A stretch of 59,811 bases of DNA, the filler included, from Squatina squatina (taxonomy: Eukaryota): assembly GCA_031763465.1 (NCBI GenBank). It is 3 parts of 3 records of this genome, joined end to end, with 100 filler letters (N's around TTAATTAATTAA, not from the genome) between each part and the next. Parts side by side here need not be neighbours in the genome. Positions count along the whole stretch, not along the records: positions 30,367 to 44,122 come from JARFOE010000162.1; 2 more parts are not named here. One strand, written 5' to 3'. The stretch's first letter is position 1, and each line of letters opens with the position of its first letter. This document shows, in pieces, positions 31,732-44,178 of this stretch. The notes under the pieces were generated by a model. The model did no database searches, was not told where the DNA came from, and saw only the letters and a program-made list of their open reading frames with translations. Position numbers and translations under genes: made by a program.

Positions 31732-32616
31732 CTTACAAAACATAAGAATGGTGAAAATTTAAAGATTTTAAAACCTTATTACAGACGGCTATTGAGAAGA
31801 GTTTTTTGACCATGTAAGATCGACTATAAATTCATTTGGGATCAGCCTTCAGAAAGGAATTCATCCTTGTAACAATTTAATGGGGGAGGGGTAGCCAACT
31901 GTAGACAATGGCCCGACTCATGCTATCATGGTAACTATAGAGCCCTCCCTGCGATACTAGGCAAATCAGTGTTAGCTTCTCCTTCTACAGTGTCCATGAA
32001 CTCTGCCACTTGACGAGGAAAGACTAATCTGTGACCAAGGACAGGAAGAGTGTGATTTGTGGGAGAGGTTGCATTTGTGTATCTCTATAAAATGATCGCA
32101 GACCTTGGTAACTCATCACTTCCTTTTCAATTGAAGTATTGGGCTGTGACACAGTGCAACTAGCAGAGAGATAAATCAGCTCTCTCCGGACTACTTCTGG
32201 CAGATTAAAGGTCTTCATGCCCTATTGCTAACAATGATAGTACTGTCAGGATCGGTTTGCTTCTAGGAAATACTGCATTAGTGGTCATCATCTACCATTT
32301 CATATACAAATAATGAGCACTAAAGCTTTTCAAATATTTGTTGTTTTTTTTGCATTTATTTAAAATTAAGACCCACTGCAAGTGATAATGCTTTATTTAT
32401 NNNNNNNNNNNNNNNNNNNNNNNNNNNNNNNNNNNNNNNNNNNNNNNNNNNNNNNNNNNNNNNNNNNNNNNNNNNNNNNNNNNNNNNNNNNNNNNNNNNN
32501 CCCACCCCGCTCCCCCGGGCAAAAATGCGATTGCTGCTGTTAGCGTCCCCCAGAGGCACTAAAAAGGGGTAGTTTTGCCCCCTAACATACTTATTGAAGA
32601 AAAGCAAGCACCATAC

Positions 32617-33294
32617 CTTCAGAATATCTCTGAAATGCAGAACCTGCTGCTCCAGACTTTGTAGTTCCTTATAGTTACTTGGATCGGTCCTCAGAATAAT
32701 CAATATTTCTTGCAGTACGGTGCCTATATTTACTGAAATGAAATCTGTCCTCGTATTCCTCCCAGAAGAGATTGAGGTGCTATTTCTGCGTATACTGGAT
32801 GCTGTCAAAGTTCCATGGGGACTTAATGGTTTTGTAGGATCTGTGCTCCTGACGTGGCCAGTTGAGTCCCGTCCAGCAGGTTTCCTAGTGGGCTGCTGAA
32901 GCCTCCGGTGTGGTCCCATGTGCAAAGCAGATTCCGCCAGCACTGAACAACTTTGAAATTGTCTGGCTTGAATTGAAGCACTTTGAAATTTTCTTTGATC
33001 TAGATATCTTGGCTCTACACGTGGTGATTGCACAGTCCTGTCTGTGGGGAGATTGCTCTGCAAGCTATGGGATAATTCCCTGTATGGCTCTTGGATATCT
33101 AATGCATTATCAATACAGTGACTGTTTCCTTGTTTGTCTACATTTGCATAATTGTAAAATTTCTCATTCTCAGGCACGGATGACAAATGTGTAGTGTGGT
33201 ACGCATTTCCTAAGTGGTTAATGATATAAGTTCCTTTTGTTTCATGATATAATAGAGACAGTGTATCCTCTTGCCCAATGTGCCGCTTGCAACA
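32617..33294 (-). CDS. RIPOR3: RIPOR3 large central exon (acceptor in gap 33295-33386)
   Basis: Open frame from the gap edge to ..LQEILIILRTDPSNYKELQSLEQQVLHFRDILK|gtatgg. Confidence 0.8.
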
Positions 33295-33595
33295 NNNNNN
33301 NNNNNNNNNNNNNNNNNNNNNNNNNNNNNNNNNNNNNNNNNNNNNNNNNNNNNNNNNNNNNNNNNNNNNNNNNNNNNNNNNNNNNNAGTTATATACAGTT
33401 ACTCGATATTCTCTTTTGTAATTTGTGCTACTTTATACAAGGCACTTCAATACAAGACTATACCATGCACTCTACATTTACGAGCCAACACCTGGCAATT
33501 ATATCCTGTTAGGATTGACTTTAATTTATTATCCTTGACTGCCAAAAATTATAGAAGTGCATTGCAGTATAAACCATCCACCATAAGATACTCAC

Positions 33596-33725
33596 AGAGA
33601 AGAACTTGTCCCTGAAGCTGGGGGTGCTGGGAGGTGTCCAGTTATACACAGAGCCTTTCCTACTTGGCAAAGAGAATTTGCTAATTGATCCAGAGGTTAT
33701 TGATAGCTCATCAGTATCAAATGGA
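33596..33725 (-). CDS. RIPOR3: RIPOR3 exon
   Basis: 130 nt, cag|..|gtgag; PFDTDELSITSGSISKFSLPSRKGSVYNWTPPSTPSFRDKFFS matches the recalled RIPOR3 motif RKGSLYNWTPPSTPSFR. Confidence 0.92.
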
Positions 33726-33949
33726 CTGCGACAAAGTAAAGGGTAGGAGAGAAATTAAAAGCAGCGATTGAAACAAAAAAAAAAACACCTACCCATCCTT
33801 TTGAACAGAAATAGAGAGCACACAGATGCTTCAGATCGAGATATGCCAAGAACAAGACAACAATGATGAAGGCAAGAGTTCCAATGCAGAGAGGGCTGGT
33901 GGGACACTGTAAATCAGAGTCAGATCAGTAATTCAGGAAGCAACAGGTT

Positions 33950-34160
33950 GCTTTTTGTTCTGCATTCTTGGGGGATGGCTGACACTGATAAGGCCGGCAT
34001 TGGCGGGCCACCTTCCTGAACTGCTGAGCAGTTTGATACAACAGAGAGGCTTGCTAGACCACTTCAAAGAGCAGTGAAGAGTCAACCATGTTGGTGTGGG
34101 ACTGGAGTCACAAAGGCCAGGCAAGGACAGCAGGTTTCCTTCCCTACAGGGCATTACACC
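33950..34160 (-). mobile_element. Partial copy of the SINE family at 6325-6750
   Basis: Minus strand ggaaacctgctgtccttgcctgg..gtgactccag..tggttgactctt. Confidence 0.7.
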
Positions 34161-34371
34161 AACTCTCGTGGATTACGTCAAATTTGAAATCTTTCAAATG
34201 CAAGTGTCTCCTGCACACATGAGGGGNNNNNNNNNNNNNNNNNNNNNNNNNNNNNNNNNNNNNNNNNNNNNNNNNNNNNNNNNNNNNNNNNNNNNNNNNN
34301 NNNNNNNNNNNNNNNNNNNNNNNNNNATTGAAGCACCATGTTCCCTTTGGATGTATTACATCAATACTTAC

Positions 34372-34517
34372 TCCCACGTGACTTCCAGCTGAAGTTTAAT
34401 AGTGCCTAAGTCAGTAATATCCACAATCATTATCTGAGGTTGTGCAGTGAAGAAATCCGCACTTTCACAAGTCACTGTTCCAACCAAAACAGTCATCAAC
34501 CCCTTCATCTCAGCTAC
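34372..34517 (-). CDS. RIPOR3: RIPOR3 exon (end of the FAM65 N-terminal domain)
   Basis: 146 nt, tag|..|gtaagt; [44 protein letters not shown]; phase joins correctly to 33725. Confidence 0.93.
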
Positions 34518-36171
34518 CTACGGAGAAAAAATTCTGTTCAAGTAACCTTTTCCACAACTCTGTAGATACATTTGTATAAATCAGAAATGTAAGTTTACAA
34601 TATTCAAAGAATTGGTCTCATTTACCTATAACTTATTAGGACTGGTAAAAGTTGCGAACCTGTTTCCTTGTATATAAATATATAAGCCTATATTCAGAAG
34701 GGAGTACACTCAGTCTGATTTTGCAATTCTTAGTTCAGATTTGTGGCCCTTCATAGCAGTAATTAGAGATGCAAGTTAAGGCCAAGTATAATAAGCAAAT
34801 ATCAGAAGAAGTGAAACAGAGCAGCAACAAATAATTAGAAATACAAAGAGGACTGCAACAGATAACATAGGTCGCTCTCAGGAACTATGTTGCTGCTTAC
34901 AAAGAGACATCCGTGACATCTAAACTGCCGAATAGAGGGAATGTAGTTGATTTAATATGAATTGTTTATGAGACTGTCCTGTTTATGAGTCTTATGTGAT
35001 TTATTGCCCATTTTAATTCATAACCTTATGACTAATCTGGAAAATCCTCAATTCTGATTTGATTATCCAGTGCATACACCAAATTGGAAATCCTAATGTC
35101 AGGTTCAAAGCAGTTATACAGAGCACTCTGAGACTAAAGTTAATGTTACCAAACAAGTTCATGTATACTTAGACTTCACATGTACCTTACATGTATCNNN
35201 NNNNNNNNNNNNNNNNNNNNNNNNNNNNNNNNNNNNNNNNNNNNNNNNNNNNNNNNNNNNNNNNNNNNNNNNNNNNNNNNNNNNNNNNNNNNNNNNNCAT
35301 GTCCTCCACTGCACAATGTCCCACACTCTCAACACCCCTATCTGTGTCACTGGCTCCATGTCCCTCAGCTTATCAGTTTCAAGGACCTCAGCTTCATTTC
35401 CAAAAAAGTCCATAGTTTCACTTCATCTTAAATCAGCAATCTTCTCCACTCATATGTCCCTGTATTATGCCTCTGTTCCTCTGACTCTTGATTACCATCC
35501 ATCTCCCTCTTTCTCCATTGCACTCGGGGGCTGTTCCTTCAGCCTCTATGCTCCTGTTCTCTGGTATTCTCTCCCAAAACCACTTTGCCACCTTATTCCT
35601 CTCCCGTCCTGCATAGGTCTCCTTAAAACCATCTCTATTGCTCTCCTCCTTGGCCCCATTCAGATAGTTTATATTTACAGTGGTTCAAACTCTCTGATTT
35701 GTTGTGAAGTAAAGAGACAATGATAATTGACATTGCCTTCAGAAAACAACTTTTATTGTTGAAAAACCAAGGAGACATTTATTGCATTTCTAACAATGGT
35801 TCTGACAGTTTTTGTATTTGAGCTAATCAAATATTTTAGCAGTTATCTTAGAGTTAAACCACTGAAGTCTAATCTAATTGTACAAGTCAGAACTTTTGAT
35901 ATTTGTGCTTAAAATAATAAACTAACAATTGAGCCGCTTTAGGTTTTGTAGCATTTTCTCTGACTTTCCTAAAAAGTTTATTTTAAAATTTTCCATATGC
36001 AGAATTAGAAAAATTTTAGTTGAAAAAGGATAATAGATTAATTTATATGTCCAAAGTTTAACATAGTTATAACCTGATAAATAAATGGATGAGTTGGATC
36101 CTATTTTAACCAGGTTCAGAGCTGCCAATTATAAACAGAAATTATTGTTAAAAAGTACACAGATGGAATAC

Positions 36172-36321
36172 CTCTGTACATTCCCTGTAGTTCCTGTTAA
36201 TCTCTATCAGTGTATCCCGTGATCCTTTGCTGGAAGGAGACACTGAGTAAGCTCGCTTCATGTTGCTTGCCCCATTGCGTAGCCGCCATTGGATGAAGTA
36301 GGATTCGTATAGTTCTTCTAT
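36172..36321 (-). CDS. RIPOR3: RIPOR3 exon (N-terminal domain)
   Basis: 150 nt, cag|..|gtatt; [50 protein letters not shown]. Confidence 0.92.
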
Positions 36322-36466
36322 CTGGATGACAGTTCATTACAAGAGTAAGATTGAAGAATTCAAATACCAGTTCCTGTAAGTCAAACTCTATAAAGAGTTT
36401 CTTCCAAAGCACTTGACATTTCAAAAAACCATAAATCATTTCTCCATTTTACAAAATGTAAAAATA

Positions 36467-37098
36467 TAGAATCATACAGCACAGAAGGAGGCCATTCCAG
36501 CTATCAAGCTGGCTTTTTGAAATAGCTATTTAATTAGTCCTAATACCCTGCTCCTTGCCATTAGGCTTGCAAATGTTTCCTTTTCAAGTATATATCTAAT
36601 TCTCTTTCGAAAGTTACCATTGAATCTGCTTTCATCACCCTTGCAGGCAGTGTATTCCAGATCATAAAAACTAGCTGTGTAAAAGAATTCTCCTCATCCC
36701 CTCTCTGGCGGAGAGACTGGAGAAGCTGGGATTGTTCTTCTTAGAACAGAGAAGGTTAAATAGAGAATTAATGGAGGCATTCAAAATTATGAGGGGTTTT
36801 GATAGAGTAAATAAGGAGAAACTGTTCCCACTGGCAGAAGGTTCGATAACCTGAGGACACAGATTTAAGGTAATTGGCAAAAGAAGTAGAGGTGAGATAA
36901 TTTTGTTTTGTTATGACCTGGAACGCACTGCCTGAAAATGTAGTGGAAGCAGATTCAATAATAACTTTTAAAAGTGAATTGGATATATACTTGAAAAGGA
37001 TAGATTTGAAGGGCTGCGGAGAAAGAGTGGAGGAGTGTGAGAGCTGACACAGGCACGATGGGCCAAATGGCCTCCTCCTATGCTATAAGATTCAGTGA
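36467..37098. mobile_element. Two CR1 3' ends back-to-back in opposite orientation
   Basis: Minus-strand tail at 36467-36700 and plus-strand 3' end at 36705-37098. Confidence 0.85.
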
Positions 37099-38354
37099 TC
37101 TGACAGCCCCCATAACAAGCATGTGAACAAAGAGCCTGTGGAATATTTAAAAAGCAGAGCAAGTGATTCACAGACTGCACGCGGAGCTAGGAAACCACCA
37201 AAAGGTATCATCCCACTTCCTGCCACAACCCAACTATCCCTAGCTCTCAAAGTTGCTGGGATCCTTGGCTGATCTCTGATCCCTCACCTCCTGCAAGTAT
37301 AGGGCACCATTCCAACATGCCATTCAACTATACCTCTCTGTCTCACTCCCCATCTGAGCCTCGTGATGTAGAAAGAGCCTGACCCTGCCAACTAGTGTGA
37401 AGAATGGCTCGCTGTATTAGGTCCTCAATTTAGGTACCCACAAGTGATATTTTTCTAACCTAAGGAACCCTGTCATTTCTTGTCCGACTGAATAACAATG
37501 AATAAAATTATTTAGAAAGAAAGGTGGAAAATATATTTGAACAGCAGCAGAATATAGAAATTATATTACACCTACAGGTGAAACTTAGCCAAAGAATATC
37601 TAACAAGTACATACTGCTCGCAAAAGCATTAAAATTCTGTTTTATAGACATTACAAACATTCTTTGCAGAAAATAAATTATAATAATTGTTGCTGGAGGT
37701 CACAAACCAGTTGACATTGGAAACTGTTAAACAATACTATTTATTGACATATTAGTACTTTTTTCCGATTTGTCCTCTGGATGGTGATGCTGAATTTATT
37801 GCCCGTCTCTGTCTTCCCTGGGAAGGTGGTGTTGTGCCACCTTCTAGAGATTATTATTACAACAGACTGACTTGTTAGGTCAGTTCATAGGGCATTAAGA
37901 GTCAATCATGTCTTTGTTGTAAAAGGGGCATTGTCGCCACGTGGGGGAAATTTTGGCTCAAGCTCAGTACTATAAACAGCCTAGTAAGGAAAATCAGTTG
38001 TGGAACAGTCATACATACCGCTGAGAACATTTGGAACTGAATTAGGCACTGAGGTTGCAGAGGCGAGAAGTCAATATTGTAGCACTTAGCCTCTACTATG
38101 ATAGATTTGACTTTAATAATATGAAAACTCCATTGTAAAAGGTCATGCTCGAGCAGAAACTTGCTCCCATGGTTTCCATGGTAATATTGTGACAGAACAA
38201 ACTGTTCCTGGACATTACGGAAAATCAGCCCAGCAAAACATTTCAATGTAGTGTNNNNNNNNNNNNNNNNNNNNNNNNNNNNNNNNNNNNNNNNNNNNNN
38301 NNNNNNNNNNNNNNNNNNNNNNNNNNNNNNNNNNNNNNNNNNNNNNNNNNNNNN

Positions 38355-38640
38355 ATGCTGCTGTTCCTTATTTTTTATTCTCCCAAAATGTATTACCTCA
38401 CATTTATCTACATTAAATTGCATCTGCCACCTGTCTGTCCATTCCACTAATCTATGTTCTTAAGTCTTTTATAGTCTTCCTTGCTGTTTTCCAAACTTCC
38501 TACATTTGTTTAATCAGAAAAAATTGAGATTCTTCCTGTGCCCACATCATTAATCAAAATATACTGAGACCAAATTGAACCCTGCACTGTCTTACCACTT
38601 CCAAACCACCTCCATTTTGAACAACACCCACTTACCCTCT
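38355..38640 (-). mobile_element. Degenerate CR1 RT fragment
   Basis: WTDRWQMQFNVDKCEVIHFG. Confidence 0.75.
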
Positions 38641-41391
38641 CTTTGTTTCTTTCTTCAATATCCAGTAATAGCTTTTGAAAATAATTTTTGTAATTCCTTT
38701 TTATTCATTTTCATACTCATTTTTATTAATTCACTAAGGGTAATTTAGCTTGTATAGAATTACTTTTTTTTTACATTGCAGCAGGTCGTATATTTTTACC
38801 TATTTTAAAGAATAAAAAATTCACTTTTGGTTGTGGTAAAATTGGACAAAATTGAAATGTAAATATTTTTAGTTGCCTAATGTAAAATTTAAAACAGTAC
38901 TTTATACATCCCTAAAAAGATGCAGTGATTCACTTCCAATATTTGGCTTCACAAGAAGTAGGTGAGATTTATGTTGGGGTACTTTTTCACATTTGAACAG
39001 TAATTTATCATTAAAATAATTTTAAAATAAAGCAAAATATGTATTATATTCTGCAAGGCCACCATTGAGTTTCCATGTTTTGCCCACAACCTCCTTGGCT
39101 ACTGTGCTGCACAGATCTTTACTGTTTAACACATAGAAAGAAGTTTTACAAACATACATGATCAGAATAGACCTGTTGCGCCCATTCTATCTAAATGCAC
39201 AGAACAGGATTCGATTTGACAGCCACGTACCTGATGTCAGTCAGCAGTGACTGCCTTGAGCTGTGAGTAGAACGAACTGAACAGTAACTTTTTGGAGATC
39301 TGCTTCTCTTTCTTGGCAAGTGAAATTTTTACCATATGGAGTAAATTTAAATGCACACCCCACAAATTCTTATAACCCTCTTCTCAGAATTATGGGATTT
39401 TAACTAGTGAATGATTGGTTCCAGAGTTGTCAGGAAATCAGTTGAGTTTCAAAACTAAAAATGTTTTTTCTTCTTGGTTTTAAAATGTCAGTTGATAAGG
39501 CCCAGTTTATTTTTCAACAAAGAATGGATTTTTTAAAAATTCTGTTCCTGTCCTATGTCTTGCAGCAGAAGATGGTTAATAACTTATTACGGCCATACAA
39601 ATGAAAACTACACAATCACAGCTGTTCCAAGCTATTCCATCTAATTGTTAAAGTCCACAGATTGAACTGACGGCTATTAGAAGCTCAGGGATACAAGAGT
39701 CCAGTGATACCACGTAGTGCTGCAGTTACATTACTTAATTTATTTGAATGTTTTTATCATACGCACTTTAAAATTCCTTTTGTGGCAATGACCCATCCCT
39801 GCAAGGCCCCTGATCGGGTATTCCTGGAGGGAAACTGTTTGAAACCTCAACCAGTTTGCCAAGGGCCGTTTTCAGATTGTTGGGGGCTTGTCAATTTCAA
39901 GCAGCAAGTTTAAAAAAAAACTTATAAAAAATTGACAACTTGGGAGAATGATGGAGCCTCAAAAATAAATGATTAAAAATAGATTAGAAATTGAGGGGGA
40001 AAATACAGCAAGCCATTGCAATAGAGTCTTCTGTTGCACTAGTTAGGCCACAGCTGGAGAACTGCATGCAGTTCTGGTCACATTACAGGAAAGACACGAT
40101 TGCACTAGCGGGTAGAGGAAATTTACAAGGATGTTGCCTGGACTAAAGAANNNNNNNNNNNNNNNNNNNNNNNNNNNNNNNNNNNNNNNNNNNNNNNNNN
40201 NNNNNNNNNNNNNNNNNNNNNNNNNNNNNNNNNNNNNNNNNNNNNNNNNNCTTGGATGCGAGCACATAGAGGAAAATCAGGCGGGCTCTGTAACATGCGT
40301 GTGATCCTCCCTGCAGGATTTTTCTCTATGCATTGTGCGCAGGTGATCCCCTTGTGGCCAAGCACAATAAGAGGAAAATCTGCCCCTTTATTTTTTCAAC
40401 CAAAGAGCTTCCTGGTTCAAGGTGGATTGAGGAGTGTCTGACCTGTGGTCTCGTGGAAACATTGCACATAGACTTGTGAGGATCAGATGTCCAACTGATT
40501 GCTGATAGTCTGTTTGGAGGAGTGCTTCATTTAATTTGTGGTTCCAAGTAGTGATAGGGGTGCATGTGGCTTTACTGTAATCAGGAATTTAATCTGCGGC
40601 ATTTAAGTCAAAATGGGAATGTTTTCTTCTATTCTTAATATTTAGAGTGGTTTCACTTTAAATAATGAGCTTTGTATAGTACTGTCACCATTTTGAATTT
40701 TGTAGTAGTTTTAATAACTAGTCAGCAAAACCCTTTAGAATATTTGAATTTCAAACTGAAGTATAAATTAACCTGGACCACACCATTTCATGTAATTGGA
40801 GGACAGCTTGCACTACTAGGATGACAGGGTGCCTTTAAAAAACAGCATTTATAGGAGGCAAGTAAATGTATTCGCATATTAGGATATATCGACTGACTAA
40901 ATATCTGATTCCTGGGGGAAAGATTGCCTCTGTTTGCTATTCATGGGAAAATCATAAATGCATGTATAAAGATTGTGTTTATAATTTCACTCTGAATAAT
41001 GAATACAGGAAATTGCTGCACTTTGCCTCCCTGGTCAGTGCCTTATTTGTGATTGTGTTCATGGGGTCCCTAAACAAATACTGAGCAAAGGGACCATGGA
41101 TGATTTTCCACACAAAGTCCTCCACACACTAACTAGGCCTTCTCCACTTAACAAAGCTCTGGCTTTACTGTTTGAGATATTTTGGCATACTGTCATTTTG
41201 CTCTCATGTGCTGAAATTTATAATGACATTGCATTCTGTTCAATTCAGTGGAAGGCATTATGGGCTGAATTTTAAACTCCGTGATGTTTTAACTCCTTTA
41301 CTGCTGCTTTTTAAAAAAATGAATACTGTTCATCAGAGGTTCCATTAACTGCATTTATCATAATCAATTATTTCTGTTCTTTCCTTCTAGC

Positions 41392-41780
41392 GTCCCCTTT
41401 TTTGAATGCATTGACTCTTGCTGGCACTCATGGAATGTCAACAGCCCTCTCGTACCTTGAGAAAGTGGTTGTTATTCACATGTAAGCATAAGCAGTGAAT
41501 GTAGATGAGCTGCTCAACCATGTGGTATTACACAGATACTCCAATTTCTGTCCAAACCTACCGTTCAATAAATATGGATTCTCCAGTAGAGGTCAATGGA
41601 CAGTGATTTAAAATGCATTTTTTTAGCCTCACTAATCGAAGAACTAAGGTCAGTTATATTACCCTTATTGTTGGCCGGTTAATTTTAGTTAACTCAGTAT
41701 AGATCAGGTATCAAACCTGGGATCTTCCTGGTCTGTACAGCTCAGTGCCAAAGGAAGCACATTGACTATTTTAACTATCC
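41392..41780 (-). mobile_element. Near full-length, diverged LF-SINE-like element
   Basis: Minus strand ggcactgagctgtacagaccaggaagatcccaggtttgatacctgatctatactgagttaac...cagcaagagtcaatgcattc matches the recalled LF-SINE head and tail. Confidence 0.65.
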
Positions 41781-42289
41781 CGAAAGTTGTGATCCACAAT
41801 TGCAACAAACATTTTTTCTAACACAATTCTTGTTAAAATGTTAGAACCGTGCTGATTTGAGATCTCTTGCCTGCTTTAATATTCATTTGTCCAAACCATT
41901 GGTGCATATCATATACTGAAATATTACATTTCCCTTTAAAAAAATCAGTATAACCATAGCTGAATGTCAGAACCTGGATTCGGACTAATTTTAAAATGCT
42001 GACACTTTTTAATTCTAACAGCAATAGTCTGGCTTATAACCAAGACATTTCCATTTAATCATCACATGATTGTTCAGATGTTAAAAGCAAAATGTTAAAA
42101 TAGCTTTTACATTTTCCATTCAGTAAACTAGGATATTCTGGCTTGTTTGTATTACTGCTAGAGAGGCAGTAAAGTTCAGCAAAGCTATTTTGAATTAAAA
42201 TCTCGATTGCATAAACTTAGAATATTAAACATGGAGGGTACAGCTTCAAACTAATAACAGGTCTTCTCTTCCAGGAATGTATTTCGCTT

Positions 42290-42419
42290 CTGTAATAACC
42301 TGCCTTCCTGTTTTTGTGACCAAAGTGAATAACCTCACATTCATCCACATTATACTGCATCTACCATGCATTTGCCCACTCACTCAACCTGTCCAAATCA
42401 CACTGGAGCTTCTCTGCAT
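42290..42419 (-). mobile_element. CR1 RT fragment
   Basis: LDRLSEWANAW*MQYNVDECEVIHFG on the minus strand. Confidence 0.8.
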
Positions 42420-43067
42420 NNNNNNNNNNNNNNNNNNNNNNNNNNNNNNNNNNNNNNNNNNNNNNNNNNNNNNNNNNNNNNNNNNNNNNNNNNNNNNNNN
42501 NNNNNNNNNNNNNNNNNNNNNNNNNNNNNNNNNNNNNNNNNNNNNNNNNNNNNNNNNNNNNNNNNNNNNNNNNNNNNNNNNNNNNNNNNNNNNNNNNNNN
42601 NNNNNNNNNNNNNNNNNNNNNNNNNNNNNNNNNNNNNNNNNNNNNNNNNNNNNNNNNNNNNNNNNNNNNNNNNNNNNNNNNNNNNNNNNNNNNNNNNNNN
42701 NNNNNNNNNNNNNNNNNNNNNNNNNNNNNNNNNNNNNNNNNNNNNNNNNNNNNNNNNNNNNNNNNNNNNNNNNNNNNNNNNNNNNNNNNNNNNNNNNNNN
42801 NNNNNNNNNNNNNNNNNNNNNNNNNNNNNNNNNNNNNNNNNNNNNNNNNNNNNNNNNNNNNNNNNNNNNNNNNNNNNNNNNNNNNNNNNNNNNNNNNNNN
42901 NNNNNNNNNNNNNNNNNNNNNNNNNNNNNNNNNNNNNNNNNNNNNNNNNNNNNNNNNNNNNNNNNNNNNNNNNNNNNNNNNNNNNNNNNNNNNNNNNNNN
43001 NNNNNNNNNNNNNNNNNNNNNNNNNNNNNNNNNNNNNNNNNNNNNNNNNNNNNNNNNNNNNNNNNNN

Positions 43068-44035
43068 TCTCACATCCACTTCCACCTCACCCCACAATCT
43101 CTTCTGATTTACAAGCTGCACATAGTGTAAGCATGCACCTCATGCTTTCTTCCCCACCTCCCCTCACGACAGCCTTACCCTTGTGCCTTTCTCATTTCAG
43201 ATACCCAAGAAATCCACCTGCCCAGCCAGTGGTGCAACAGGAGGAAGGGGAGGAGTATGATGATGAAGAAGAAACACCATCACGCAATCTGACTCTCGCA
43301 GCCACCAGCTCAGATACTTTCACAGTGCCGAGTTTAGAGGGTAGCTTAGAGGCAGGATCTGCACATGGTGAGTCACAGCCTGGGCAGGGGGAAAGAGTAG
43401 GGCAGGTGCCAGCTCCCCAAACAACGAGGCCGCACACGAGTTCTGCTGCAGAGGAATCAGAAGAAGATGTCGATGGGGTGGGCTACAGAAGAACGCTGAT
43501 GGGTATGCACAATAAAATACTTGGTGCATTGGTGTATTGGCAAGCCTGCCAGGAAGCCTGAGTGCAATGTCAAGGAGCATGGAGGAGTTCAACACCAACC
43601 TTACACAGGGCTTTGCACAGAGCTTGGAGCCCATCCTATCCAGCATGGAAGGGGTAGGCAGATCTATTATTGCACTTCTGGACTCAACCATGATGCAGAA
43701 TCTGATGGCTGGTGTCTCAGCTTCCATTGCAGCACAAGCACAAGCCACCCAATGGCTAAGTGCTGCACTGGAAGCTCAGACTTCTGTCATGCAAGCACAG
43801 ACTGATCTCATGCAGGCTCAGCTTGTTGCCACATAAGCCAAGACTGCTGCCATTGTTGCTCAGTTTACTAGTGTGGAAAGCGGTTTCCATGGTATCACAG
43901 CATTCCAGCAATCTGACCTCCAACAGATGGTTAGGTATGCTGAGGCGCAGCCCCAGGGGAGTGGCACTGGTGTCTTGGAAGACAAAATTGATGTCCTCTC
44001 TCAGGATGACAGCATTCTCCCTCCAACCACTGCCA
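43068..44035 (+). mobile_element. Probable Harbinger second-ORF (Myb/SANT protein) 3' remnant
   Basis: Acceptor ..ctcatttcag at 43200, then a broken acidic plus helical S/A/Q-rich ORF; the family assignment is inference. Confidence 0.45.
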
Positions 44036-44166
44036 CTGGGTGAAAAAAGTTCTCCTCAACTCCCCTCTAGGACTTCGACCAATTACTTTAATGCTATGCC
44101 CCTGGTTATTGACTTCTCTGCTNNNNNNNNNNNNNNNNNNNNNNNNNNNNNNNNNNNNNNNNNNNN

Positions 44167-44178
44167 TTAATTAATTAA
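44167..44178. other. Second artificial TTAATTAATTAA spacer
   Basis: Centred in a 100-bp block of Ns. Confidence 0.9.

Noticed and set aside
38105-38165. MEF/HIIK-like stretch resembling the RIPOR3 exon ending MEFHISK
   Set aside because: It needs a frameshift, has a poor donor, and shows no upstream similarity; probably chance.
42277-43130. Long ORFs of 245-276 aa
   Set aside because: Artefacts of translating through Ns; the same applies to other X-containing ORFs.
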